Shown: in pieces, positions 46,651-56,400 of the stretch
How the letters are laid out: each line of letters opens with the position of its first letter
Numbering within the stretch: the first letter of the stretch is position 1
From: an uncultured Gammaproteobacteria bacterium
Lineage (GTDB): Bacteria > Patescibacteriota > Patescibacteriia > UBA1558 > GWA2-36-10
Direction of reading: 5' to 3'
Length of the DNA stretch: 64,000 nucleotides
Assembly: GCA_964638415.1 (NCBI GenBank)
Contig: CAZWYP010000005.1
Location: 4,121-68,120, forward strand
The notes under the pieces: generated by a model
The model's database searches: none
What the model saw: the letters and a program-made list of their open reading frames with translations, nothing else
Told to the model about the DNA's origin: nothing
Program-made: the position numbers and the translations under genes

Positions 46651-48548
46651 GGATAAGTTGAATAGCTAATAGTTACCTCTTCCAATACCGGGCCTTGCAA
46701 TTGGGAAGCGCTGCTTAAATACAAACGATAACGGAAATACCTCTGATTCAAATGATAATTATAGTTTATATACTCTTGAGCTGCGGTAGTGTAATAGGTG
46801 CCACTGGAAGCATCTGGACCGACAAAATTCCAAGGACCATTGGCATTATTGCTGGTTGCTAATTGGAATTTAATCTGCGTATTCAATGGTTGTGATCCGC
46901 TCCAAGCAATCCAATTATACGCCACATCACTTGCGCCAGTATCAAAAGTGGATGATTCTAAAATACCGGCATCAGTATAGCCGCAATCAGCTACTTCCGT
47001 AGAGATAATAAAGAATTCCCTGGAATTTCCAGTAGTTGCGGCATAAATAATGGAACAATTAGCTGACATGCCTTGAATATAACCTTCTAAATCAAAGCTG
47101 GAAATTTCATTAATCGTCGCTGGATAACTACCGTCCACTACTACTAATTCTTTATTGCCAATTTCTGCTCCTAATAATACATAAGGGCCCACGACCGCCA
47201 AGGAATAAATTCTGGCGCCGGCATTATAGTCTCCTAATAATAACGGGCTAGCTGGCGCGGAAATATCCAAAATGAATAATTCTGAGCCAGAACTGTTGTT
47301 CTGGGTCGCAAAATAAGCACGGTTACCTCTAACCGCCACGTCTGTTCCTAACAAAGATCCCGGCAGATTATATTCACCAATCTGATTCAAATTAGCTGGG
47401 TTTGTAACCTGAAAAATCTGCAATTCTTTAGTACTGTTTTCCGTAGCAACATACAGATTATCCTCTGATAAATAAATCTCCCGAGCGGTATTATCTGTGC
47501 CAATGCTATCTAAATACTGTACATTCTCCGGATCAGTGATGCTAAAAGAGTAAATATAGCTGCCGCGAGCTAAATAAACTTCAGTTTCACTGACTGCTAC
47601 ATCATAAGCGTTAGTAGTGCCAGATAAGTTATAAGTTTCAACAATACTTGGTCCATAAGGATTACTAATATCTACCACTGTTAGTTCGGCATTATCATGG
47701 TAAGTGGATAAATAAGCATAATCATCTTTAACTACTACCGCCGTAACCGTAGCTCCGATATTCAAAGAAGAAAGCTGCTGGGGGCTATATTTATTACTGA
47801 CGTCTAGAATAAAAAATTCCGCTCCGGAAGAATTATTCTGTGTGACTAAATAAGCTTTATTGTTTATAGCAAAGACATCGTTCTGGTCATAAGTGCCGGG
47901 AGTGTCAAAGTAAGCAGTGGTGGTTGCTTGGTTCCAATTCAAAAATCCTGATTGCAAAGTAGCAATACCGGCAGTAGAAATATCAATACCGGAATCACTG
48001 CTGAAATATCTGGTCTCATCTACAAAAGCCGCTTGGCCGTCACCTCCCGACCAATCATTCTGGCTCTGCCGGCTGGCCTGCCATTGATAAAGATAAGTTT
48101 CCAATGTTTGAGTCTGGTTATTGCCTAAAATACTGGGCCAGCTGACGGAAATAGTAATTTGCTTGGTGTCCGGATCCCAAAATCCTGTTTCAGATATTTC
48201 CCCATGCACTTGACCATTGGTAGAGTTTTCCCTATAAACATCGGAAATAGTGACAGTTCTGGTGTACTTATTCTCCAGCAATTCACTGCCGGCAGACAAT
48301 TCCCACTGCTCACCATTTAAAACTAAATGGTAATCTGCCGGAATTAATTCATCCCATGATAAGAGTTTGACTGCTTCCATGGCATTAGCCGCATAAACTA
48401 AGGCCATCCCCTTTTCTTCATTGTAACGCCGCAGCTTATTATTCACCGAAGTTAAATTAAAAATCAGCACCACTATTACGGAAATAAAAGTGATCGCTAC
48501 CATCAATTCAACCAAAGAAAAGCCTTTTTGATTTTTAATAAATAACAT
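46647..48548 (-). CDS. Large pilin-anchored protein with LVIVD-type beta-propeller repeats
   Basis: QKG|FSLVE; repeated AYL...EL.ILD(V/I)S.P..P units. Confidence 0.83.
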   Translation of the reverse strand: MLFIKNQKGFSLVELMVAITFISVIVVLIFNLTSVNNKLRRYNEEKGMALVYAANAMEAVKLLSWDELIPADYHLVLNGEQWELSAGSELLENKYTRTVTISDVYRENSTNGQVHGEISETGFWDPDTKQITISVSWPSILGNNQTQTLETYLYQWQASRQSQNDWSGGDGQAAFVDETRYFSSDSGIDISTAGIATLQSGFLNWNQATTTAYFDTPGTYDQNDVFAINNKAYLVTQNNSSGAEFFILDVSNKYSPQQLSSLNIGATVTAVVVKDDYAYLSTYHDNAELTVVDISNPYGPSIVETYNLSGTTNAYDVAVSETEVYLARGSYIYSFSITDPENVQYLDSIGTDNTAREIYLSEDNLYVATENSTKELQIFQVTNPANLNQIGEYNLPGSLLGTDVAVRGNRAYFATQNNSSGSELFILDISAPASPLLLGDYNAGARIYSLAVVGPYVLLGAEIGNKELVVVDGSYPATINEISSFDLEGYIQGMSANCSIIYAATTGNSREFFIISTEVADCGYTDAGILESSTFDTGASDVAYNWIAWSGSQPLNTQIKFQLATSNNANGPWNFVGPDASSGTYYTTAAQEYINYNYHLNQRYFRYRLYLSSASQLQGPVLEEVTISYSTYP

Positions 48549-48550
48549 GC

Positions 48551-49024
48551 TTAATCTATTCTTCCTGAAGATAATATTTGTAAAGACTGGTTAACTTCTG
48601 AATTCTGGTCATAAATCATCTGCACTGTGCCGGTATTGTAGGTCTGGCCGGTGAATTTAATAAACACTACATCACTGCCCAAACCGCCAACGCCGTCGGA
48701 TACAGTGGTGCTGGCATTTAAAATCTCAATACCAGATAACTCTTTAATAATATTTAGGGGATCTTCTTCGTTATAGAAACTTCCAGAAAACAAAACATAA
48801 CGCTTGTCTTCCAAGTGCACTCCCCAGTTATTATTATTAGCCGCTGCGGTAGCCAATTGCTGTGCTCTTAACAAAGTGCTTTTTAACTCTTCTTTACCGT
48901 TAATTAACAATACATGGTGCCGCCAATTAATATATCCAGTAACGCCAATGGAAAAAACAATGGCCACAATTGCCAATACCATAGTTATTTCCACTAAAGT
49001 TACTCCTCCTTGGGATTTAATCAT
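48551..49024 (-). CDS. FimT/GspH-like prepilin
   Basis: QGG|VTLVE; L.RAQ..A motif. Confidence 0.8.
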   Translation of the reverse strand: MIKSQGGVTLVEITMVLAIVAIVFSIGVTGYINWRHHVLLINGKEELKSTLLRAQQLATAAANNNNWGVHLEDKRYVLFSGSFYNEEDPLNIIKELSGIEILNASTTVSDGVGGLGSDVVFIKFTGQTYNTGTVQMIYDQNSEVNQSLQILSSGRID

Positions 49025-50266
49025 TTAATAAACTCCATAACTATTAGTCAGCTCATACATTGGACTAATCACCGACAGGGCAATAAAAGCTACAGCTACA
49101 CCAACTAGAATCAATAAGACCGGCTCCAAAATGGTAGATAGATTATTCAATACATTATTGACCCGCTCTTCATAAAATTCAGCTAGCTTGGTGAGAATAT
49201 TCTCCAATTCTCCGGTACTTTCCCCTACTTGTACTAATTGCACTGCCAGCGAAGGAAAAAGATCTGACCTTTCCCGCATAGCTTTTTCCAAGGATACTCC
49301 TTTTTGCAATTCTTCAGACATCGCTAAAGTCTGTTTGCGAAATTTTAAATTGCTTAAGGTTTTAGCCACAATATCCAGAGCCTGGACAATAGATAGTCCT
49401 GAAGCTAATAAAGCATGTAAATTACCGGAAAATCTGGTTAAAGATAGTTCTTTGACAATCTTACCGACAAAAGGCAATTTAAGCCAAAGCCAGCTTAAAA
49501 AATACTTGGGCTTAGGAAATTTAAAAATTATCCTCAAGGCGATGATTAAGATGATTAATGATCCTAAAGTATACCAACCATAAGTGGTCAGTAATGCATT
49601 CAACTGGTTAACAACCACTAAAATAATCGGCAATTTTACGCCAGCATCATTAAATAATCCTATTAACTGAGGGAATACCGACAAGGCTAAAAACAAGCTC
49701 ACACCAACTAAAGCAATTAAGACAATTACCGGGTACATCAAAGCACCAAAAACTTTGCTTTTTAATTTGCGTTGGGCTTTTAAAATAGCTGCTAAATTTC
49801 CGGCCGCTTCCGACAATTTACCGCTCTTTTCCCCTACTTCAATAGTAGCGATAATCATCTGGTTAAAAACTTTGGGATATTGCTCCATGCCCCTAGATAA
49901 TAATTGGCCATTCTCTACATATCTTTCCAAAAAATCAATAACATTAGAAAAATATTTATTCTTAATTTCTTTTTTCATGGTACTCAAAGCTGGAGTTAAA
50001 GATAACCCAGCTTTCAGCATGGTAGATAAATTGTCCAGAAATAAAATCTTTTCAGTGGCTTTAACACCACCCAAGGCTAACTTAGCTTTCAGTTTATTAA
50101 CCTTAGTCTTCTCCGGCAAAATCGGCTGAGCATCTTTTATTGGCTGCTGTCTGTTGGGACGATACAACTTAAAAGATGTCATTTGCTTTCTATTGGAAGA
50201 TAAAGTTATTGTCGGCTTAGCACTTGGGTCATCATAACTTTCATTCCTGCCTCCTAAATACTCCAT
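49025..50266 (-). CDS. pilC: Type IV pilus/T2SS platform protein (PilC/GspF family)
   Basis: LSTMLKAG, GEKSGKL, ALMYP, GESTGELE, LEP. Confidence 0.9.
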   Translation of the reverse strand: MEYLGGRNESYDDPSAKPTITLSSNRKQMTSFKLYRPNRQQPIKDAQPILPEKTKVNKLKAKLALGGVKATEKILFLDNLSTMLKAGLSLTPALSTMKKEIKNKYFSNVIDFLERYVENGQLLSRGMEQYPKVFNQMIIATIEVGEKSGKLSEAAGNLAAILKAQRKLKSKVFGALMYPVIVLIALVGVSLFLALSVFPQLIGLFNDAGVKLPIILVVVNQLNALLTTYGWYTLGSLIILIIALRIIFKFPKPKYFLSWLWLKLPFVGKIVKELSLTRFSGNLHALLASGLSIVQALDIVAKTLSNLKFRKQTLAMSEELQKGVSLEKAMRERSDLFPSLAVQLVQVGESTGELENILTKLAEFYEERVNNVLNNLSTILEPVLLILVGVAVAFIALSVISPMYELTNSYGVY

Positions 50267-50267
50267 T

Positions 50268-51998
50268 TTATTCCCGCTTAATTCTCAGAACTTCTTCAAT
50301 CGTCGTTACTCCTAATAAAGCTTTCTGCATGCCATCTTCAAAAATGGTCACCATGCCCTGCTCTACCGCTGCTTTTTCTATCTCATTGGAAGAAGCATTT
50401 TTAATGATGCAATTCTGCACTGGCTCAGTATTTTCCATGATTTCAAAAACCGAAGTACGGCCGGCGTAACCGGAATTATGACAGCGTTCACAGCCCTTTC
50501 CCCGATAAAAAGTCAGTTCAGAGAATGAATTTACTTCTTGCTTGACTACTCCTAATTGCTTAAACCTATTAAGCATGTCATTGAGATTAAACTCCTTGCT
50601 TAAGCTCACTAATTGCTGCTCATTTAGATGGAAGCTTTCAATGCAGTCTAAGCAAATTTTCCTGACCAAACGCTGGGCAATTACCACATTCAAAGTACTA
50701 GCTACCAAAAACGGCTCAACTTCCATGTCCAATAATCGCGGGGGTGCGCCGGTAGCATTGTTGGTATGCAAAGTAGATAAAACCAAATGTCCAGTCAAAC
50801 CGGCCCGGACGGCAATCTGAGCAGTCTCTTTATCTCTAATTTCTCCAATCATAATAATATCCGGATCCTGGCGCAATAAAGATCTTAAACCAGTAGCAAA
50901 GTCGTAACCGGCTTTGACATTAACCTGAGTCTGGTTAATCCGACTAATACCGTATTCAATGGGATCCTCAATAGTAGAAATATTAACATCCTCAGTATTT
51001 AAAACATTTAAAATGGCGTACAAAGTGGTAGTCTTGCCAGAACCGGTCGGACCAGTGACTAAAATCATGCCAAAAGGCTTATCCAACTGACGCTTCATCA
51101 TCTCCATATTGCTGTCGGTAAAACCCAGATCTTCCAAAGTTAAATCATGCGATTCATCGGTCATTAAACGCATTACCACTTTCTCACCGTAAAAAGCCGG
51201 AATAACGGAAACACGAACCGATTCTTCTTCCCCCTCTATTTTAAAAGAAAATCTACCGTCTTGCGGTACGCGGTGCTCATCAATGCGTAGATTGGATAAA
51301 ATCTTAATTCTTGCCACTAAAGCATCATGAATCTCCAAGGGTAATTCCACCTTGTCATGCAAATCGCCGTCAATGCGGAATCTAACCACCACAGCATCCG
51401 GCAAAGCCTCCATGTGGATATCTGAAGCTAATTCAAAAACCGCTGCTTCTAGAATAGCATCCACAATCTTAATCACCGGCAATTCAATATCTACTGACTC
51501 CCCTTTTTCTTTGAGGATTTTATCGTTAATAATATTACTAAGCTCTTCCTTAATATCTTTTTCATAAAGATGGGCGCCGTAAATAAAATTCTTGTAGCTA
51601 GTGAGGAATATTTTTATTTTCTTACTAGTGGTTTTTTTAACCAAATCAACTTTAGTCACGCTTTTAGGACTAACAAAAGCTACAGACAAGGTGTTGCCAT
51701 CCAGCTCAAAAGGTATAGCCTGGGCTTCTCTGACTATTTTTTCCGGCAATTCATTCAATACTTCCGGCTTTAATTTACGCTTGCGTAAATTAACATAAGC
51801 AAATCCTAACTTATCCCCGATTAACTCATACAAGTATCGGTTATTAAAAAAACCCCGCTCAATCAAAATCTCTTCCACCCCCCGGCGGCGGCGATGAGCA
51901 TTCTCCGCTGCCTCTACCCAGTCTTTTTCCTTAATAACCTGAGTACTTAACAACAGCTGTTTTAACTCGTCTTGAGATATTGGTAATTTAGAAGGCAT
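50268..51998 (-). CDS. pilB: Type IV pilus assembly ATPase (PilB/GspE family)
   Basis: ASDIH, PQDG, GPTGSGKTTTLY, EDPIE, LRQDPD, GEIRD, two CxxC pairs. Confidence 0.93.
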   Translation of the reverse strand: MPSKLPISQDELKQLLLSTQVIKEKDWVEAAENAHRRRRGVEEILIERGFFNNRYLYELIGDKLGFAYVNLRKRKLKPEVLNELPEKIVREAQAIPFELDGNTLSVAFVSPKSVTKVDLVKKTTSKKIKIFLTSYKNFIYGAHLYEKDIKEELSNIINDKILKEKGESVDIELPVIKIVDAILEAAVFELASDIHMEALPDAVVVRFRIDGDLHDKVELPLEIHDALVARIKILSNLRIDEHRVPQDGRFSFKIEGEEESVRVSVIPAFYGEKVVMRLMTDESHDLTLEDLGFTDSNMEMMKRQLDKPFGMILVTGPTGSGKTTTLYAILNVLNTEDVNISTIEDPIEYGISRINQTQVNVKAGYDFATGLRSLLRQDPDIIMIGEIRDKETAQIAVRAGLTGHLVLSTLHTNNATGAPPRLLDMEVEPFLVASTLNVVIAQRLVRKICLDCIESFHLNEQQLVSLSKEFNLNDMLNRFKQLGVVKQEVNSFSELTFYRGKGCERCHNSGYAGRTSVFEIMENTEPVQNCIIKNASSNEIEKAAVEQGMVTIFEDGMQKALLGVTTIEEVLRIKRE

Positions 51999-52069
51999 AA
52001 ATAAAAATAAAGTGGTAATTTACCACCTTATTATACCATAAATTAACAATTAAACAAAATAAAAAATGT

Positions 52070-52537
52070 TTAGTTTAACTGCCAAATAGAAAAATTTAAA
52101 AAAGCCGCAAAGCTTACCCACAATAAGTAGGGAAGCAGAAGATAAGAAGCTAATTTGCTAACTTTAGCAAAATAAATAATAGTCAGTAAAATAAATATCC
52201 AGAGCAGTATTATCTCTGCAAAAGCTAAAGCTGGATTCTGTTGGCCAAAAAACAAAAATGACCAAAGAATATTTAAAATCATCTGAGTAAAAAATAAAAC
52301 AATGGCTTCTTGTTGCTCTTTCTTTCTTCCCCTCTGCTCCCAAACCAAATACAAAGCAATGCCCATTAAAGTAAATAACAAAGTCCAAACCGGTCCGAAT
52401 ATCCAATTAGGCGGATTAAAGCTCGGTTTAACAACTTCTGCATACCAAGTGTTTACGCTTTGACTGGTAGCCAAAGAGCCGATTGCCCCTAGGCCATTAC
52501 AAATGATTATAAAAACTATTGCCTTTAAAATTCTCAT
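52070..52537 (-). CDS. tspO: TspO/MBR tryptophan-rich sensory protein
   Basis: WY...KP.FNPP.W.FGPVW, LPYLLWV.FA..LN. Confidence 0.93.
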   Translation of the reverse strand: MRILKAIVFIIICNGLGAIGSLATSQSVNTWYAEVVKPSFNPPNWIFGPVWTLLFTLMGIALYLVWEQRGRKKEQQEAIVLFFTQMILNILWSFLFFGQQNPALAFAEIILLWIFILLTIIYFAKVSKLASYLLLPYLLWVSFAAFLNFSIWQLN

Positions 52538-52543
52538 TTTATT

Positions 52544-53458
52544 TTAATTAGCTGTAAAATAAGCGCTTAAATAACTAGTAGTCTGATTTAAATCCGCTTT
52601 AAGTATTTTAGCAGAATTACTATGCTCAATAATCTGCAAATCCTGAGCTTGGCTTAACTCCATAATCTTTAGTAAAGCATTGAGCGAATCCGGAGAATCC
52701 AGATAGTCGCTGTTTAAATTACTAAGCAGTTGGTAGTCCTTGTTTTTAATCGCCGACAAGGTAATTTGATCATTCCTCTCCGCTTGCGACAAAGGCAGAT
52801 AATGGGATAGATCCAATGAATTAATCACTACCGTTCTCTCGTCAAGCCAAGGCAAAATTGCTGCCGCTAAAGAAAAAGATTTATCATTGGTCTGATGGGA
52901 AGTGAAAATAATCGGCGCTACTTTAGCTTGAGGAAAGTACTGCTTAATAAAAGGCAATAACACTGCTACTGAATGTTCTGGCTTAAAGTTGTCCAGATCA
53001 TAAGCAATAAAATCATCTTTAACCAACTGATCTAAAATTTCCTGATCCTGCTTAACTTCTCCTAAAAAAGTCTGCCAATTAACCGCAGCGGAAATAGCTG
53101 GTGCTTTTGCTAAATCCCGATGATTAGGGGCTAAAATAACAAAAGTATCTACTATCTGATTTTTAGATAAGGAAAGGAAAAAATCTGCCAGCAAATCACT
53201 GGCCAAATCATGGTGCGGCAAAATTGCCCCCATTACCCGTTGGCCATTATGGATATATTTTTCTCCCGCTTGAGCAAGAGACTGGTCAAATAAATAATTA
53301 TTGGTCTCAACTGTAATTACTGGGTAGCTTTCCTGACTAATACTGGTAAACGACTGGGTTTCCACTGACTTAAACATGGTGTAAATTAAAACCAGTCCAA
53401 CCGCTAAAATAATAGCGGCATTGAGTTTAAAAATGTGTCGGCTAAACCAATTCTTCAT
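52544..53458 (-). CDS. MEMO1-family protein (AmmeMemoRadiSam protein B-like) with N-terminal membrane anchor
   Basis: ILPHH, APNH, EHS, DLSHY motifs; TM near residues 13-29. Confidence 0.85.
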   Translation of the reverse strand: MKNWFSRHIFKLNAAIILAVGLVLIYTMFKSVETQSFTSISQESYPVITVETNNYLFDQSLAQAGEKYIHNGQRVMGAILPHHDLASDLLADFFLSLSKNQIVDTFVILAPNHRDLAKAPAISAAVNWQTFLGEVKQDQEILDQLVKDDFIAYDLDNFKPEHSVAVLLPFIKQYFPQAKVAPIIFTSHQTNDKSFSLAAAILPWLDERTVVINSLDLSHYLPLSQAERNDQITLSAIKNKDYQLLSNLNSDYLDSPDSLNALLKIMELSQAQDLQIIEHSNSAKILKADLNQTTSYLSAYFTAN

Positions 53459-56400
53459 TATGGTTGAATGGTTACTTGCTGGCTATCGGCAAAATTCATA
53501 ATCTCCGGGACATTAAATGATTGGATGATAATCGGCTCAGCTTGGTAAGTCCCTGGATTGGTAATGCGGGCATAATAACTAAAGTAATCCTTTGCGCAGC
53601 GGGACTGTTTCCAATCTTTGCTGATACTGAACTTAACTTGCTGCCCCTCAATCTCATAAGGATAGTAATATCCGCAATCTACATAAGCCCCGCGATAATA
53701 CGGACGAGTAGTAACTTTCAAGCCGCTGGGCAGCAAGTCAATAATCTGGTATCTGCCCTGCAAAGCGCTGCTGGAAATAAAAGGATAAACCCTAACTTCT
53801 ACCAAATCACTTTCTTTAAAGCTACTAGTCTCTACGTCATTGACATAATATTTTCTGGCAATAGCGATATTGCGATCAACTGTCGCATCGCTAGCAGCTA
53901 ATGGTTTTTCGTAAGTACTTACCAAGCCAACTTCTCCCTCAATATTGCTGAATTTAATACTAGCTAATTCCTGAGGACTTACTTTAATTCTCCAGCTCCG
54001 GCCTTTATCTAAAGTCTGCTGATGCTCCTGCTCACCTACTTTAACCGTAAATTTAACTTCTCCTTCTCCTAAATTGGGCAGAGTATTAGCCACATAATGC
54101 AATTTTTCCAGATTAATCAATACCTCTTTAGTGCGGTTTTCTACAGTATACTGCCATAATGGCTCATGCAGTTTGTCATTCAAGCCACCGGCTAGAATTG
54201 CCGCTAAAGCAGTGACAGATAAAATATCGTCCATATCGCCGCCAGTATTTATTCGGGCATATTGCTCGCCATAATTTTCCCCATGTTTTTCTATTAACTC
54301 TAAATAAATACTCTTAGCCAGCTGATTATCCCCTAAACTCTGGGCACCTAAGGCAATATATAATTTCTCTTTAATGGTTAAATCCGGCAAAGCGGCAAAT
54401 TGCTGAAGAACCAAGAGAATCGGCTCATCTAAAGCTGCTAAGCCGGCCAGAGACATCACTACCTCTTCCTGGTTGGAATCCTCATTGTTCAACTTGCCGT
54501 AAAAATAATTAGCTAAACTAGTTTGATCAAATTTATCAGCGGCCACCATTGCTGTTCTGACGCTTAATTCCATTTCCGGATCGCTGTAAGGCAATAACGT
54601 GATGCCGCCGTTGTATTGGTATAATGATCCTTCAAATTCCGGCACATAAGTTTGGTCAGAAAAATAATCTTTAATCAACTGACTGCCAATAACTCTAGAG
54701 AACTTCTGATCAACCCGATCACCATAAGCCCAGGCTAAATGGGTTAAATAGCGATATAGGCGGCCGCGATTGCGATCAGAAAAAGTCAAAGTAGTAGCTG
54801 AATCCGAACTGCCTTTCACCTGCAACTCTGGAGATAAAATATAGTTTTCCTCCACTAATTTGCGCAAATGGGAATTAGTAACTAGAATCGGCAAATTAAC
54901 CGCATCCTGATATTCTCCAAATTCCACCCCATAGGTAAGATCATATTCTCCTAAAGACAATTGCGGTATATTAATATAACTTGGCTCGAAGGCCTTGCCG
55001 TCAACCGTAGTTTTATCCAAGCCTAAAGTGGCAGCGTCCAGACTAAATCTGACCTGATCGCCATTACGCAAGGCATCACCATAAGCCCGCAATTTAACCG
55101 TCGGCTGGTCAGCTGCCAGATACTCTTTAGCAAAGGTCCCTTCAACAAAAACCGGCAAGCTAACCATAATCTTACTGACTCCATCACCAGCATATAGATC
55201 TTTGGTAATTGCCTGGGCGGTTATCCTCCAGGAAGTAATATTATCCGGCACGGTAAAATTAACTGTCGCTTGTCCATTGCCGTCGGTAATCACTGAGGCA
55301 AATAAGGCATTGTCGGTAAAGTTGTCTCTAACTCCGCCACTTTTTTGGTTATGGACGTAAATACCGTCCGCTAAATAAGTATGATAATGCTTGGTCTGTA
55401 AATTATATACCTCCGCCACCTCTTCTGACTGCTCGATGCTGAAAATCTTAACTGGCTGACCATGATCATTCATCAGCCAATCGCCTACCGCTGCTTGGCC
55501 GATTGGCTGCCACTTATTATTCAATAATACTATATGCTCTGGCGTCACCTTCAATTGGTTGTTGATTATCAGATAACCGGAAACAACATGATAAAAGGTT
55601 TTTTCTACTTCTGTCGCCACTAATTTTCTTTCAAAGGGTGAAACAAAAGTCATTATCTGTTCACCAACAGCGATATCTTCAATATTCTTGGTAGAGCCAT
55701 CTGCCATAGTCACTTTAGTGCCAGCCAAGAAACAGCCACCTCCTTCCGCGCCCAAGCCAAAGTCTGCTAATGCTTCCAAACTTTCTGCCTTATTAGTGCG
55801 ATAAGAAGTAATTTCTCCTGAAGAGATATAGCCATTGTATAAGGTTTCCAAAGGATTAACATCGCCACCGTAACTGATATCATAATAGGCTTCATCTACT
55901 AAATTAACGTTAACACCAGCCGCTACCGGATTATTATTAAGATCGCTGACTTTAACCTGTAAGGTAACTTCTTCACCGGGCTTAAATTCTTCCTTATTAG
56001 CTTCTACTTCCACTTTTAACTCACGGTCGGAATATTTAAATTTAACAGCCGTACCGCCACTACCACCCCACCACCAATAATTTCCCTGGCTGCCGTCATG
56101 ATAAGACCGGCCATCAAACCAAACGCCTTTAACATAAACCACGGGTACATACTGAGCAGTAAAATCAAAACTGAATTCCGGCGCATTACTTAAACTATAA
56201 TCCAACAATCCTTGCTTGAGCTTGAAATACAAGTAATTTTTCTGATCGGATGTGGGTAATAATTCATCATTCTTCAAGAATTCGAATTCTACTGCTTCGC
56301 CTATAGAAAATTGCGAATTATCCCGTTTATCCTGGCTTTTCAACCTCAGCTGATAATAATCATAGCTGCCGCGGGAATCATAGCTACTGTTATAATAATA

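Noticed and set aside
55348-55734. Mobile homing intein
   Set aside because: Only 129 aa, no endonuclease motifs, and the +1 residue is Gln; treated as a Hint/BIL domain
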